Positions 14,420 through 24,050 of a stretch of DNA of 37,263 bases are shown here, one piece after another. Each line of letters starts with the position of its first letter. The first letter of the stretch is position 1. A program made the position numbers and the translations under genes. The stretch is from Archangiaceae bacterium (GTDB lineage Bacteria; Myxococcota; Myxococcia; Myxococcales; Myxococcaceae): the NCBI GenBank assembly GCA_043750125.1, contig JAYVCD010000376.1, forward strand, positions 1 to 37,263, in the 5' to 3' direction. Under the pieces are notes generated by a model. The model did no database searches. It had not been told where the DNA came from and worked only from the letters and a program-made list of their open reading frames with translations.

Positions 14420-17166
14420 CCCTCAAGGGGAGCGAGCTTGCAGATTTTTTCGACCTGCAGCTTCACCTCGGGTGTCGAGTCGGGATCGGGCCTGATGACG
14501 GGCAAAGAGACTTCGCCCCAGAGAGTGCGACGGGCGGCGACGGTTCGACCCGACGCCTCGAGAAAGACGGCCTGCGCCTCCTGGGAGTCGCCTTTGCCGA
14601 CCCGCGACAGCGCTGTGGCCAAATCACCATGGACGAGCGCGAGCCGGGCGGCGGCGAGATGGGCGGCGGGATCTGCTGGGGCGAGCTCGAGCCATTTCTC
14701 GGCTGCGGCCCGCACCAGCGGGTCGTCCTTCGGATGAAAGAACGAGAGGTTGGCGTAGATCGCCTGGGCGTCATCGGCGGTGAGCGGGTGTTGCTCGAGC
14801 CACGACTCGATCCACAAGCCGTGCAGACCGGGACGTTTGCGTTGATCGCCCACTTCGATGCGGCGCGCGCGCAGGAAGAACGCCTTCGCCGCGCCGAACT
14901 CGAGCAGGTTGTGATCGTCAGAATTGATCGGCCCCTGCCCCGCGAGCTCGAGCTGGGCCTGACTGGTGTGGACCTGCTTGGCCAGCAGGCCGACGAGGCG
15001 ATCGAGGTGAATGCGCTCGAGATCCTGCTTCACCCTGGGCACGGCCATGCGGCGGGCGACTTCCTCGAAGTCGACGTTCAGCGGCTTGCGCGTCGACACC
15101 ATCACCAGGTCGGCGTTTCCGCCCCAGGTCGTGCTGTAGGGGAATGTCTCGCGCAGGGTGCGCAAGACGAGCTTCACCAGGGGCTCGCTGCTTTCGTAGA
15201 AGTGGACCCACTGCAGCAGCACACCGTCCTCTTCGAGGTGAGCGTCGATGGTCCGGAAAAATTCGCGGGTGAACAGGCCCGAGACCCCGGTGACCCAGGG
15301 GTTGCTCGGCACGCTGATGATCAGGTCGTACTTGTAGGGGGCGAGGGCCAAAAACGTCTTCGCGTCGTCGACGTGAAGGTGCACCCGTGGGTCCTCGAGC
15401 GCGTGGTTGTTCGCGGAGCCAAACAGCCGAGCACCTTCGAGCACCGCGGGGGAAATCTCGACCAGGTCCAGCCGTTCGACCGCGTGGGTGAGCACCGAGC
15501 CCGCGGTCAACGCCGCTCCGGCCCCGATCACCATCACCTTTCGCGGCAGGCTCGAAGCCAACAGCATCCCCATGTGCCCCGAGAGGATCTGGGTCTCGAC
15601 ATCGCCCGGGTCGGTCGAGGCGTCGATCTTCCCGTTGATTCGCATGTACTGATTCTTCGGGTTCTTCGCGTCGTGAGAGACGGTCACGGTCGCGAAGGTG
15701 TCGTCGGCGTAGAAGTCGACCGCGAACTCGTCCTGGGTTGCCTTCGCGTAGGCGCTGAAGCTGTCGAACGGCTTTCCGTATTCGCGAAACGCGCTCATGT
15801 TGGCGACGATCTGCGACCAACCGGCCGTGGCGGCGACGAACGCGATCACCGCCGCGAAGCCCATCGCGATTGGAGCCCAGCGACGAGGCCCGGTCGCCGA
15901 CACCCAGATCGCAACCGAGGCCGAGGCCAGCGTCAGCACGATGGCCAGCACGAAGGATTTTTCCATCGTGATCAAGGGCAACAGCACCAGGCCCCCCATC
16001 AGCGAGCCGGTGATCGTGCCCAGGGTGTTGAAGGCGTAGACGCTGCCCAGCCGCTTGCCCGCGTCGTCGACGCTGGACATCGCGACTCGGGCCCCGACCG
16101 GAAAAGCTGCGCCGATGAAGAAGGCGGGGACCAGCAGAACGATGCAGGAAAAGCCGAACGTGATCGCCTGGTACAGGTGCCAGGTGTCTTTGGTGCGCGC
16201 GAGCAGATCGTGGGTCACCCAGAACAGGTGCGGCAGCCGGACGTAAAGCGGAAGCGTGAGGCAGACCCCGCCGACCACGCCCAGCTGCAAGAGCCCGAAG
16301 ACGCGCAGCGAATCGCCCCGGTCGGTGCGCCGCGAGACCCAGAGACTTCCCAGCCCGATGCCCAGGATGAATGCGGTGAGGATCAGGGTGAAGGCGTAGG
16401 TCGACCCACCGAGGACGATCGCGAGCAGACGAATCCACGCCAGCTCGAGCAGCATCGAGGTGAACCCGGACAGCACCACTCCCAAGAACGCGGCGCGCAC
16501 GTGTGCCCGCTTGAACACCTCGGCTGGCGCGGCGTTGCCCGGGGCGGTGGCGAGCTGGACTTTCCAGCCAAGCACCAGCGCGCAAACAGCAACGGCTGCG
16601 TTGAGCGCGACGGCAATGACGCTCGAGGCGCGCAGGCCGATGGCCGGGACGAGCCAGACACCGGCGACGAGCACGCCCAGGGCTGCGCCCACGCTGTTGA
16701 CCGCGTACAGCCGAGCGAGGTCCACCCGCATCGACCCGGCGGTGCGGGTGATGTGCTTGAGCATTGCCGGCAGCGTGCCGCCCATCAGCAAGGTTGGAAT
16801 GATCAAGCTCGAGCCGGCGATGAAGAGCTTCGGCCAGACCCGCATCGGCTCGCTGAACGCGGGGCCGATCAGCAAGAACAACGCGTCCATCGCGCGATGG
16901 ACGAAGGGGTAGAGCGCCGCGTACAGCCCGATGAACAGCTCGAACAGCCCGTAGAGCAGCAGCGGTCGCTTGACCCGATCGGCAAGCCGCCCGAAGACGA
17001 AGGCTCCCGCAGCGAGGCCGCCCATGAAGGTCGCAATGACGATCGCGTGCGCCTGGCCCGAATTGCCCAGGGTCTGCTGCAGGTAGTTGCCCCAGACGAG
17101 CTCGTAGACGAGGCCGGTGGCTCCCGAGACGAACAACAACACCATCGCAAACGCTCGTCCCTTCAC
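14410..17166 (-). CDS. Fused polytopic membrane (MFS-like) / spermidine synthase-like protein, copy 2, with C-terminal TPR-like helices
   Basis: Motifs SGATGLVYELVW, LYAVNSVGA, INGKIDAS, VMVIGAG, LVEISP, DDAKTF, YDLIIS and GLFTREFF. GTG start at 17166 is coupled to the upstream TGA; the ORF-track extension to 17976 is a shadow. Confidence 0.9.
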   Translation of the reverse strand: MKGRAFAMVLLFVSGATGLVYELVWGNYLQQTLGNSGQAHAIVIATFMGGLAAGAFVFGRLADRVKRPLLLYGLFELFIGLYAALYPFVHRAMDALFLLIGPAFSEPMRVWPKLFIAGSSLIIPTLLMGGTLPAMLKHITRTAGSMRVDLARLYAVNSVGAALGVLVAGVWLVPAIGLRASSVIAVALNAAVAVCALVLGWKVQLATAPGNAAPAEVFKRAHVRAAFLGVVLSGFTSMLLELAWIRLLAIVLGGSTYAFTLILTAFILGIGLGSLWVSRRTDRGDSLRVFGLLQLGVVGGVCLTLPLYVRLPHLFWVTHDLLARTKDTWHLYQAITFGFSCIVLLVPAFFIGAAFPVGARVAMSSVDDAGKRLGSVYAFNTLGTITGSLMGGLVLLPLITMEKSFVLAIVLTLASASVAIWVSATGPRRWAPIAMGFAAVIAFVAATAGWSQIVANMSAFREYGKPFDSFSAYAKATQDEFAVDFYADDTFATVTVSHDAKNPKNQYMRINGKIDASTDPGDVETQILSGHMGMLLASSLPRKVMVIGAGAALTAGSVLTHAVERLDLVEISPAVLEGARLFGSANNHALEDPRVHLHVDDAKTFLALAPYKYDLIISVPSNPWVTGVSGLFTREFFRTIDAHLEEDGVLLQWVHFYESSEPLVKLVLRTLRETFPYSTTWGGNADLVMVSTRKPLNVDFEEVARRMAVPRVKQDLERIHLDRLVGLLAKQVHTSQAQLELAGQGPINSDDHNLLEFGAAKAFFLRARRIEVGDQRKRPGLHGLWIESWLEQHPLTADDAQAIYANLSFFHPKDDPLVRAAAEKWLELAPADPAAHLAAARLALVHGDLATALSRVGKGDSQEAQAVFLEASGRTVAARRTLWGEVSLPVIRPDPDSTPEVKLQVEKICKLAPLEGCP

Positions 17167-19967
17167 TGCAGTGCGTCCTGGATCGAGCGCTGCAGCATTT
17201 CGTCTTTCGGGTGAAGGGCGAGAGCCTCGCGGGCGAGCCCCAGCGCGGGCCCCAGGTCGATCAGGTGCCAGGGCGACGAGGCCCTTCGAAGCTGTCGGGC
17301 TTTTGCGTCGAGCCAGAGCGCGACCAGGTCCGGGCGACGCGCTCCGGCGGCGATCCTCGGGTCGAGCACTTCGAGCGCGGTCTCGATGTCTCGCTGGGCG
17401 ATCGCAGCTTTCGCCGTCGCAAGTGCGGCCTCGTCGTTCTCGGGCGCGAGCGTCAGCCAGGCCTCGGCGGCGCTGCGGACCAGCGCGTCGCCGGGCACGT
17501 GAACCCAGGCGTAGCTTTGGTAGACGCGCTCGGCCTGTGCGGCGCTCAAGGGGTGTCCGACGAGGTAACGGGTGAGTTCGAGCTTCGCGCCGCGATCGCG
17601 CCCTTTGCGCTCGTCGCTCACGTCCACCAGCTCGCCGAGGTAGGCGGCGCTGGGCGATTCGTACTCGAGCCGATTGCGATCGTCGGTGTTGATCGGCCCC
17701 TTCCCCGCGAAATGCAGCTGCCCTTCGTCGCTGTGCTCCTGACGAGCCAGCAAGGTGACGAGATCGGGGATCTTCGCGCGGAGCAGGTCGGCCTTCACCG
17801 TGGGCCGTTGCATTCGCGCCGAGATCTTCTCTGCGTCGAACACCTCGGGCTGCTGCGCGGCGATCAACACCAGGTCCTGCGGGCCCAGCCACGAAGTGCC
17901 GTGGGCGAAGGTCTCGCGCAGGGTGCGCAGGACCAGCCGCACCAACGCGTCGCTCGATTCGTAGGTGTGAAACCACTGAACAAGCCGACCGCCAGGCGCC
18001 AGGTGAGCGCTGGCCACCTGGAAGAAGTCTCGCGAGAAGAGACCCGAGACGCCGGAGACCCAGGGGTTGCTCGGCTCGCTGACGATCAGGTCGTACTTCT
18101 GAAGCGACAACAACAAGAACGTCTTCGCGTCCTCGATGTGAATTTTGCAGCGCGGGTCATCGAGCGCGTGCCCGTTGTCATCGCCGAACAGTCGCGCCGC
18201 TTCGATCACCGCCGGCGAGATCTCGACCACATCGAGCACGTCGATCGGGTAGCTGAGCAGCGAGCCGGCGGTGATTCCTGAGCCCATTCCGACCAACAGC
18301 ACGCGCTTCACCTCGCCCGGGTGGGTCAACGCGCCCAAATGCCCGGCGAGGATCTGGGTGTCGATGTCGCCGCCGTTGCTGGCGTCGACCTTCCCGTTGA
18401 TGCGCAGGTAGCGCAGTGGGCCGGCCTCGCCGACCAGCACCGAGGCGAAGACATCGTCGCGCTGAAACTTCACCTGGCTGCGGCTCTTCACCTCGCTGCG
18501 AAACGCGTCGAAGCTGTCGAAGGTGCGTTCCCATTCCCGGTATCGGCCCGCCGAGCTGACGACCCCCGACCACCCTGCGCTCGACACCCCGTAGAAAATC
18601 ACCACTGCCAAAGCGGCCGCCACCGGCCACAGATGCCGCACCCCGCTGACCTGCCGAGGCTTCGAGGCCCAGGCCGTGACGGCCGCCGCGAGCAGGTTGA
18701 AGCCCAGCCCCACCGCGAAATTCCCTTCCAGCCCGAGCGCGGGCAGCAGCACCAGGCCTCCGAGCAACGAGCCCGAGACGGTTCCCACCGTGTTCCAGAG
18801 GTAGACAGTTCCCAGCTCACTTCCCAGCTTCTCGATTCGGCCCAACGCCACCCGCGCGGCCGCGGGGAAGCTCGCGCCCAGGAAGAACGTCGGGACCATC
18901 AGCACCAGGACGCAGAACCCGAAGGTGAGCAGTTGGTACAGCGGCCAGGTGGCCGTCGACTTCTTCAAAGCGGCCTGCAGGTTGAGAAACAGGTAGGGCA
19001 TGCGCCCGTAGAACGGCAGCGCCAGGCACACGCTCGTCACCAGCAACACCTGAAGCCGGGCAAAGAGCGCCAGCGCGTCGGGCTCGGGTTCACCGGGCTT
19101 CGGCTCGCGCCCCGACAGCCAGGCGCTGCCCAGCCCGATCCCGAGGATGAAGGCGGTGAGAATGAAAGTGAAGGCGTAGCTGGTGCCCCCAATCACGATC
19201 GAGAGCAAGCGGATCCACGTGATCTCGTAGAGCATCGCGGTGAAGCCCGAGAGCGCGATGCCCACCAGCGCAGCCTTGACCGCGAACGCCGAGTACTGCC
19301 GCGTCACGGGCTGGGCGCCGGTCACTTCGAGGCCACGGTTCGGGCCGGTGCGCCAGGCGAGGACGACGGCGATCGCGCCCAGGGCCAGGTTCAGCACCGC
19401 GGCTTTGCTCTCGGACTTCAACAACCCGTCGGTGGGGATCAAGCTCACGCCCGCGAACAGACAGCCGAGCGCCGCCCCCAACGAGTTGACGGCGTACACC
19501 ACGGCGAGCTGCCGTCGGGCGGCCCCCAGTTGGCGGGTGAAGTACCGGGTCAACGCGGGCACGGTGCCCCCCATCAGCACGGTCGGAATCCACAGCGAGG
19601 CCGCTGCGAGGATCAACTTGGCGACCGGCCGTCCACTGCCATCGGGGTCCAACCCGGGCGCGATCGCCAGGTACACCTCGCCCAGGCCCCGAAGAATGAA
19701 GCGGAAGAGCAACGCGTAGGCGCCGACTCCGAGCTCGAGCAGTCCGTAGAGCGCCAGCGGCTGCTTGACGCGATCGGCGGTGCGCCCGAAGAGCCAGGCG
19801 CCCAGAGCCAGCCCGCCCATGAACGTCGCGAGGACGATCGCGTGGGCGTGGCCACTGGATCCAAGCAGGTTGGCCAGCCGCTTGGACCAGACCAACTCGT
19901 AGACGAGCCCGGTGAAGCCCGAGAGGAAGAGCAGCCCCAGAACGATGGGTCGAAACAGCCGCGTCAA
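17163..19967 (-). CDS. Fused polytopic membrane (MFS-like) / spermidine synthase-like protein, copy 1, with C-terminal TPR-like helices
   Basis: Motifs SGFTGLVYELVW, YAVNSLGA, INGKVDAS, VLLVGMGSGIT, VVEISP, EDAKTF and YDLIVSEPSNPW. Start uncertain (TTG 19967, just downstream of a TAGACT -10-like hexamer). Confidence 0.9.
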   Translation of the reverse strand: MTRLFRPIVLGLLFLSGFTGLVYELVWSKRLANLLGSSGHAHAIVLATFMGGLALGAWLFGRTADRVKQPLALYGLLELGVGAYALLFRFILRGLGEVYLAIAPGLDPDGSGRPVAKLILAAASLWIPTVLMGGTVPALTRYFTRQLGAARRQLAVVYAVNSLGAALGCLFAGVSLIPTDGLLKSESKAAVLNLALGAIAVVLAWRTGPNRGLEVTGAQPVTRQYSAFAVKAALVGIALSGFTAMLYEITWIRLLSIVIGGTSYAFTFILTAFILGIGLGSAWLSGREPKPGEPEPDALALFARLQVLLVTSVCLALPFYGRMPYLFLNLQAALKKSTATWPLYQLLTFGFCVLVLMVPTFFLGASFPAAARVALGRIEKLGSELGTVYLWNTVGTVSGSLLGGLVLLPALGLEGNFAVGLGFNLLAAAVTAWASKPRQVSGVRHLWPVAAALAVVIFYGVSSAGWSGVVSSAGRYREWERTFDSFDAFRSEVKSRSQVKFQRDDVFASVLVGEAGPLRYLRINGKVDASNGGDIDTQILAGHLGALTHPGEVKRVLLVGMGSGITAGSLLSYPIDVLDVVEISPAVIEAARLFGDDNGHALDDPRCKIHIEDAKTFLLLSLQKYDLIVSEPSNPWVSGVSGLFSRDFFQVASAHLAPGGRLVQWFHTYESSDALVRLVLRTLRETFAHGTSWLGPQDLVLIAAQQPEVFDAEKISARMQRPTVKADLLRAKIPDLVTLLARQEHSDEGQLHFAGKGPINTDDRNRLEYESPSAAYLGELVDVSDERKGRDRGAKLELTRYLVGHPLSAAQAERVYQSYAWVHVPGDALVRSAAEAWLTLAPENDEAALATAKAAIAQRDIETALEVLDPRIAAGARRPDLVALWLDAKARQLRRASSPWHLIDLGPALGLAREALALHPKDEMLQRSIQDALQ

Positions 19968-20004
19968 GAGGGGCGGCAGTCTACGGGCGCGGCCCGCCAA
20001 CGCA

Positions 20005-20280
20005 TCAGCGATCTTCTCGCGAATGCCAGACCCGAAGAATGAACAGGTCTCCATCTCGGATTTCGTAGCGCAGCTCGAAGCCCGAAACGATCAGACGTCG
20101 GACCTCACGCGGCCCGAATTTGGCCAGCGGCACTCCCAGGCGGGGGTGCGCCGCCAGACGGCGCACGCCAGAAAGGATGAGCGCCACTGTTCGCCGAGCC
20201 GCAGATTCGTCAACGGGCGCAAGGAACCCGTAGAGACGGGCGAGATCTCGTTGCGCCGAGACGGTCCACAGCATCGCCAT
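20005..20280 (-). CDS. Type II toxin, RelE/ParE family
   Basis: WTVSAQRDLARL...LAAHPRLG...ELRYEI...ILRVWHSREDR is a typical RelE/ParE pattern. 1-nt TGATG overlap with the antitoxin. Confidence 0.9.
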   Translation of the reverse strand: MAMLWTVSAQRDLARLYGFLAPVDESAARRTVALILSGVRRLAAHPRLGVPLAKFGPREVRRLIVSGFELRYEIRDGDLFILRVWHSREDR

Positions 20281-20537
20281 CAGCGACGCCGCGCAGGCTT
20301 TTTCCGGCCAAGCGTCGTCGCCCAGGCCTCGATTTGGGCGTGGCCGACCGTTCGGCCGGCATCGACATCTTTGAGCGCTTCGAGCGTCAGCTGATGCCGT
20401 TTTCGCTCGAGGTCGACAAACAACGACAGCGCCTCGGCCACAATCCAGCCTCGTGGACGATCGAACCGCTTCGCGAGGGCATCGACCTCACGAGCAAGGC
20501 TCTGAGGAACATGGGCAGTCAGAACGCGGTGGGTCAT
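20280..20537 (-). CDS. Ribbon-helix-helix (CopG-type) antitoxin
   Basis: VLTAHVP...VDALAKRFDRPRGWIVAEAL RHH pattern and C-terminal ALKDVDAGRTV..W. ATG 20537 preferred as start. Directly upstream of the toxin. Confidence 0.88.
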   Translation of the reverse strand: MTHRVLTAHVPQSLAREVDALAKRFDRPRGWIVAEALSLFVDLERKRHQLTLEALKDVDAGRTVGHAQIEAWATTLGRKKPARRR

Positions 20538-20545
20538 TCGGGCCT

Positions 20546-20599
20546 CAATCAACTCCAATCAAGTCGATTAACTCTAAACCCGGCTGTATTTTTTCGCTA
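20546..20599 (-). promoter_or_regulatory. Putative TA promoter with antitoxin operator
   Basis: Minus strand reads TAGCGA-17 nt-TAGAGT. It is followed by the AATC-GACTT-GATT inverted repeat and two TTGATTG direct repeats with a 10-bp period (20546-20552, 20556-20562). Confidence 0.5.
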
Positions 20600-23500
20600 C
20601 CCGAGCCCGTAAGGCGACCGCCACGCAGGCCAGCAACGCCCACGAAGATCCGGGGGCGTCGGTGCAACCGCACCCTCGGCGTGGGACGGTCAAGACCGAG
20701 GCGACTTCGATGGAGTACGAGCGCATCGCGGTCGCGCCATCGGGCCCGCCGACGGCCACGGTGAAGGTATAGGCGCCGAACGGAGCGTCGGCCGGAATCG
20801 TGCCCGCCAACATTCCAGCCGGGTCGAGGGCCAGCCCAGGGGGAAGCAGGCCATCGCGCACGGTCCACACGCTGCTGGGCAGCGGAGGAGTGACGCTGAA
20901 CTGGGCGGCCACCGAGTCTCCGCGCAACAGCTGGGGAGGCAGTGGGACCTGAATGGTCATCGGTGCGGCCACTACGCGAATGACGAAATCGGCGCTGTCA
21001 CTTCGCCCTCGCGCGTCTTCGACTTCGAGCGTGAACGAGAAGACACCGGCTCTGACGGGCGTGCCGCTGATGATCAGCTTCTCGATGACGCTGGGCTCGA
21101 GCTTCACTCCATCGGGCAGGCTTCCGTTGATCACCGCCCACTTGAGCGGCTTGGACACCGGGGATCCACCGCCATTCTTGGCGAGCAGGTCGACGAAGTA
21201 TTCCGACCCGACTTTTCCGGCGGGAAGCTCGGCCGCGGCGATCAACAGCGCGCTGGCGTCGACCACGGCAATCGACAGCTCGCGCTGATCGATGTTCCCC
21301 ACCGCGTCGCGCGCTTGAAGCGTGAAGGTCCACTTGGTGCCGACCGCCGAAGAGGTCGTGCCCACCAATCGCCCCGAGGGCAGCACCTGCACGCCTTGAG
21401 GCAGCGTGCCGGCACCCAGGGTCCAGGCGTACGGTGCCCGGCCCCCCTGCACTCCGAGTGGAAGATCGTAGGCCAGCAGTCGGACGATCGGCGGCAAGGC
21501 GTCGGACGTGATTGAGAGCGAGGCCGAGACCAAAGAAACGCGCATCGCCTTTCGTTCGACCGCGGTGCTCGACCCCGAGGTGACGACAATCGAGAAGGCG
21601 AAGCTGCCTGTTGCAGTAGGAATGCCGGTGACCTTCCCGTCGACTGCGAGTGTCAGCCCGGGCGGGAGGCTGTCTGAAGGCACGAGGGCAAAGGTGTAGC
21701 TGCCCGTCCCTCCTTTTCCGTTGAACGCGAACTGGTAGGTCAACCCGACCAACGCTCCGGGCATCGGCTCGGGGGTCAGACCCAGGGACTGGGGGACCAC
21801 GTCGATCGTCTGCGCGGCGAGCCCGTTGTTCTCTTCGTCGATCTCGGCGACGGCACCGACGCCGGTCCCGGGAGGGTCGATCAGCACGCCCAGGTACCAG
21901 GTGGCCTCGGGCGTTCCATTCGGGATCATCACGACGTCGCTGCCGGGGCTGTGCTCGCCGATTCCCAGGGTGATGGTGCGTTCATCGACGGTGGTGCCAT
22001 CGGGGTTGCGCATTGGCAGCAGCAGGTCGGACTCGGTGATGATCGTGTTGGCCGAGAGGTAGTAGCGGTACTTCGCGGGTCCGGCGGGCCGATTGCCGAC
22101 GTTGCCCAGGGTGCGGGTCACCAGCAGGGCCTCGCCCGAGCCCGCCTTCGCCGGCCCCCGCAGGGTCACCGGAATCAGATCCGGAGCGGGATTTCGAACT
22201 GCCTGGGGCTCGGACTTGAGGAAGTTGTTGAGGCTCGAGACCTCGACCAGGCCCTGGCCGACCGCAGCGGCGAAGAAGTAGTACGAGCCCGGATTGAGCG
22301 CCTGCCCGTTGATCGCTTGGGTCGGCAGGGGCGCAGTCAGGGTGACCGTCAGCGACTGCCCGGGAGCCAACGAGAGCCCGGTCTGCTGGGCGATGAACGG
22401 ATCGCTGACGCCGTTGAGGGTGTCGTTGTCGGAAAGATAGAAGAGGACAGAGACGGTCGGGGCGGTCGCTCCTCCCTGGTTTCGCACCACCGCCTCGAGG
22501 CGAATCGGCTCGGCGAAGAAGGCGTAGCGCGCGGGGCCAAACGGGGTGAGCGGCTCGAGCACGCGCACCTGGTCGACGATCAAATCGGCTTGCTTGGCGG
22601 TGAACTTCGCAGCGCTGACCTTGACGTTGTTCAGCTCGCTGGTCTCGACGATCACGCCCGGGCCGGGCCCGTCGTCGATCTGGAGGATGAAGTAGTAGTC
22701 GCCCGCGGGGATGTTCAGCGGCAGCGCGTATGACACGTTGGTGATCACGTTCTCGCCGCCGGTCACCGGCAGGCTGGTGGAACGGACCAGCAAGTCGTTG
22801 GCGGAAAGTACGTTGTCGGTCGACAACCAAATCTTCAATGGGACGTTGCCCGCGGCGTCGATGCCCTGGTTCGAGAAGGTCACCGCGTTGGTAATCATCT
22901 CGCCCGGGCCTCCCAGCGGCGGGCCCGAAATCGACTGAGCGACCAGGTCGACCCCGGCGGTCAGCGGCACCGAGGTCGCGCCGAGGTTGTTGAACTCGTT
23001 CGATTCCGCAACGACGTTCGCGTCATCGACCACCGCGACGAGGTAGTAGCTGCCGGTGGTCGGCCGGGGAACGGTGGTCGAGACGGTGCTGTCGAGGAAG
23101 CCCAGCGCCCCGATGGTTAATGGCCCTTGAGGCGAAGGCAACAGCTCTACGTCGCCTGCGCCGAACACGGTGTCCGACGAGAGGTACAACCGGTAAGTGA
23201 AGCCGTTGGCCGGCTGGGTGCCGAAGTTCCTCAAGCCGAGGGTGGTCGAGATTTGAAGGTTCGAGCCGACGGTCACGATGCTGTTGATCTTGAGGTTGGT
23301 GATCGAGAGATCCGGACCGGTCGCGGGCCCAAAGACGATCAGCGAGTTGCTCTGGATGTCGGCGAGCGCGCACGCCGAACCGCAGCTTTTTCCCTGGGTG
23401 GCAATCGAGCCAATCGGATTTTCGATGCCCACCGTGGCGCTCAGGGTGGTGCCGTTGCCGGTGAAGTTGCCGTAATAGAACTCGACGATTCCGTTCTGCC

Positions 23501-23990
23501 AGATGCGCAGCTGAAACGTCAGCGAGTACATGCTGGTCAGAAAATGGTTCCAGTCGTTCCACTCGATGGCCAGGCCCTGCCCGTTGGGGCCACTGAGCGC
23601 CTGCGATTGAATGAGGCTGCCCGGATTTCTGCCGTTCAAGTCGTCCCAGAACGGAGCCAGCAGCGCGTTGGGCTCGGACACGTTGGGAATGGGGCTGTTG
23701 AAAGAAAAGTCGGCTCCGACATTGGCCGAAGACGACGGCTCGAAGAACGCCATTCCGTTCGCGGTGACCGTGATCTGGGTGTACGTCCGGTCGTAATAGG
23801 GAAACGTGAACCCGATTGGAATCGTCGCGCGGCCGCGGTCGTTCGACGTGCCGCTGATGGCGACCAGATTGATCGCCGCAGCGGTGGTGAGGGCCGGGTA
23901 CGGCACGCCATTGGTGGTATTGGCGACGTACTGGGCCGAGGAAGGCAGAGCGATGGCAATCGCCAGCAATGCGAATAGGCGGGGTCTCAT
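20574..23990 (-). CDS. Large surface protein: N-terminal beta domain, 4 CARDB repeats, 4 Ig (He_PIG-like) repeats and MYXO-CTERM
   Basis: Signal peptide. IGFTFPYY...NG...APFWDDL domain. CARDB starts PDLSI/VDLVA/ADLIV/PDLIP, each ending in E..E.NN-like motifs. LP.G Ig repeats. C-terminal RRGCGC + hydrophobic helix + basic tail. Confidence 0.9.
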   Translation of the reverse strand: MRPRLFALLAIAIALPSSAQYVANTTNGVPYPALTTAAAINLVAISGTSNDRGRATIPIGFTFPYYDRTYTQITVTANGMAFFEPSSSANVGADFSFNSPIPNVSEPNALLAPFWDDLNGRNPGSLIQSQALSGPNGQGLAIEWNDWNHFLTSMYSLTFQLRIWQNGIVEFYYGNFTGNGTTLSATVGIENPIGSIATQGKSCGSACALADIQSNSLIVFGPATGPDLSITNLKINSIVTVGSNLQISTTLGLRNFGTQPANGFTYRLYLSSDTVFGAGDVELLPSPQGPLTIGALGFLDSTVSTTVPRPTTGSYYLVAVVDDANVVAESNEFNNLGATSVPLTAGVDLVAQSISGPPLGGPGEMITNAVTFSNQGIDAAGNVPLKIWLSTDNVLSANDLLVRSTSLPVTGGENVITNVSYALPLNIPAGDYYFILQIDDGPGPGVIVETSELNNVKVSAAKFTAKQADLIVDQVRVLEPLTPFGPARYAFFAEPIRLEAVVRNQGGATAPTVSVLFYLSDNDTLNGVSDPFIAQQTGLSLAPGQSLTVTLTAPLPTQAINGQALNPGSYYFFAAAVGQGLVEVSSLNNFLKSEPQAVRNPAPDLIPVTLRGPAKAGSGEALLVTRTLGNVGNRPAGPAKYRYYLSANTIITESDLLLPMRNPDGTTVDERTITLGIGEHSPGSDVVMIPNGTPEATWYLGVLIDPPGTGVGAVAEIDEENNGLAAQTIDVVPQSLGLTPEPMPGALVGLTYQFAFNGKGGTGSYTFALVPSDSLPPGLTLAVDGKVTGIPTATGSFAFSIVVTSGSSTAVERKAMRVSLVSASLSITSDALPPIVRLLAYDLPLGVQGGRAPYAWTLGAGTLPQGVQVLPSGRLVGTTSSAVGTKWTFTLQARDAVGNIDQRELSIAVVDASALLIAAAELPAGKVGSEYFVDLLAKNGGGSPVSKPLKWAVINGSLPDGVKLEPSVIEKLIISGTPVRAGVFSFTLEVEDARGRSDSADFVIRVVAAPMTIQVPLPPQLLRGDSVAAQFSVTPPLPSSVWTVRDGLLPPGLALDPAGMLAGTIPADAPFGAYTFTVAVGGPDGATAMRSYSIEVASVLTVPRRGCGCTDAPGSSWALLACVAVALRARVAKKYSRV

Positions 23991-24050
23991 GGGAGCGCTT
24001 CCTTACGACTACTTTCGACCGGCCGCCGCGGCTTATATAGCGGCACCTTG

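Noticed and set aside
14629-17214. 861-aa plus-strand ORF (also 7275-9257, 18321-20042, 25127-26992, 29115-30446, 33095-34012)
   Set aside because: Antisense shadows of well-supported genes. Stop codons are scarce in high-GC DNA and these ORFs carry no recognisable motifs.
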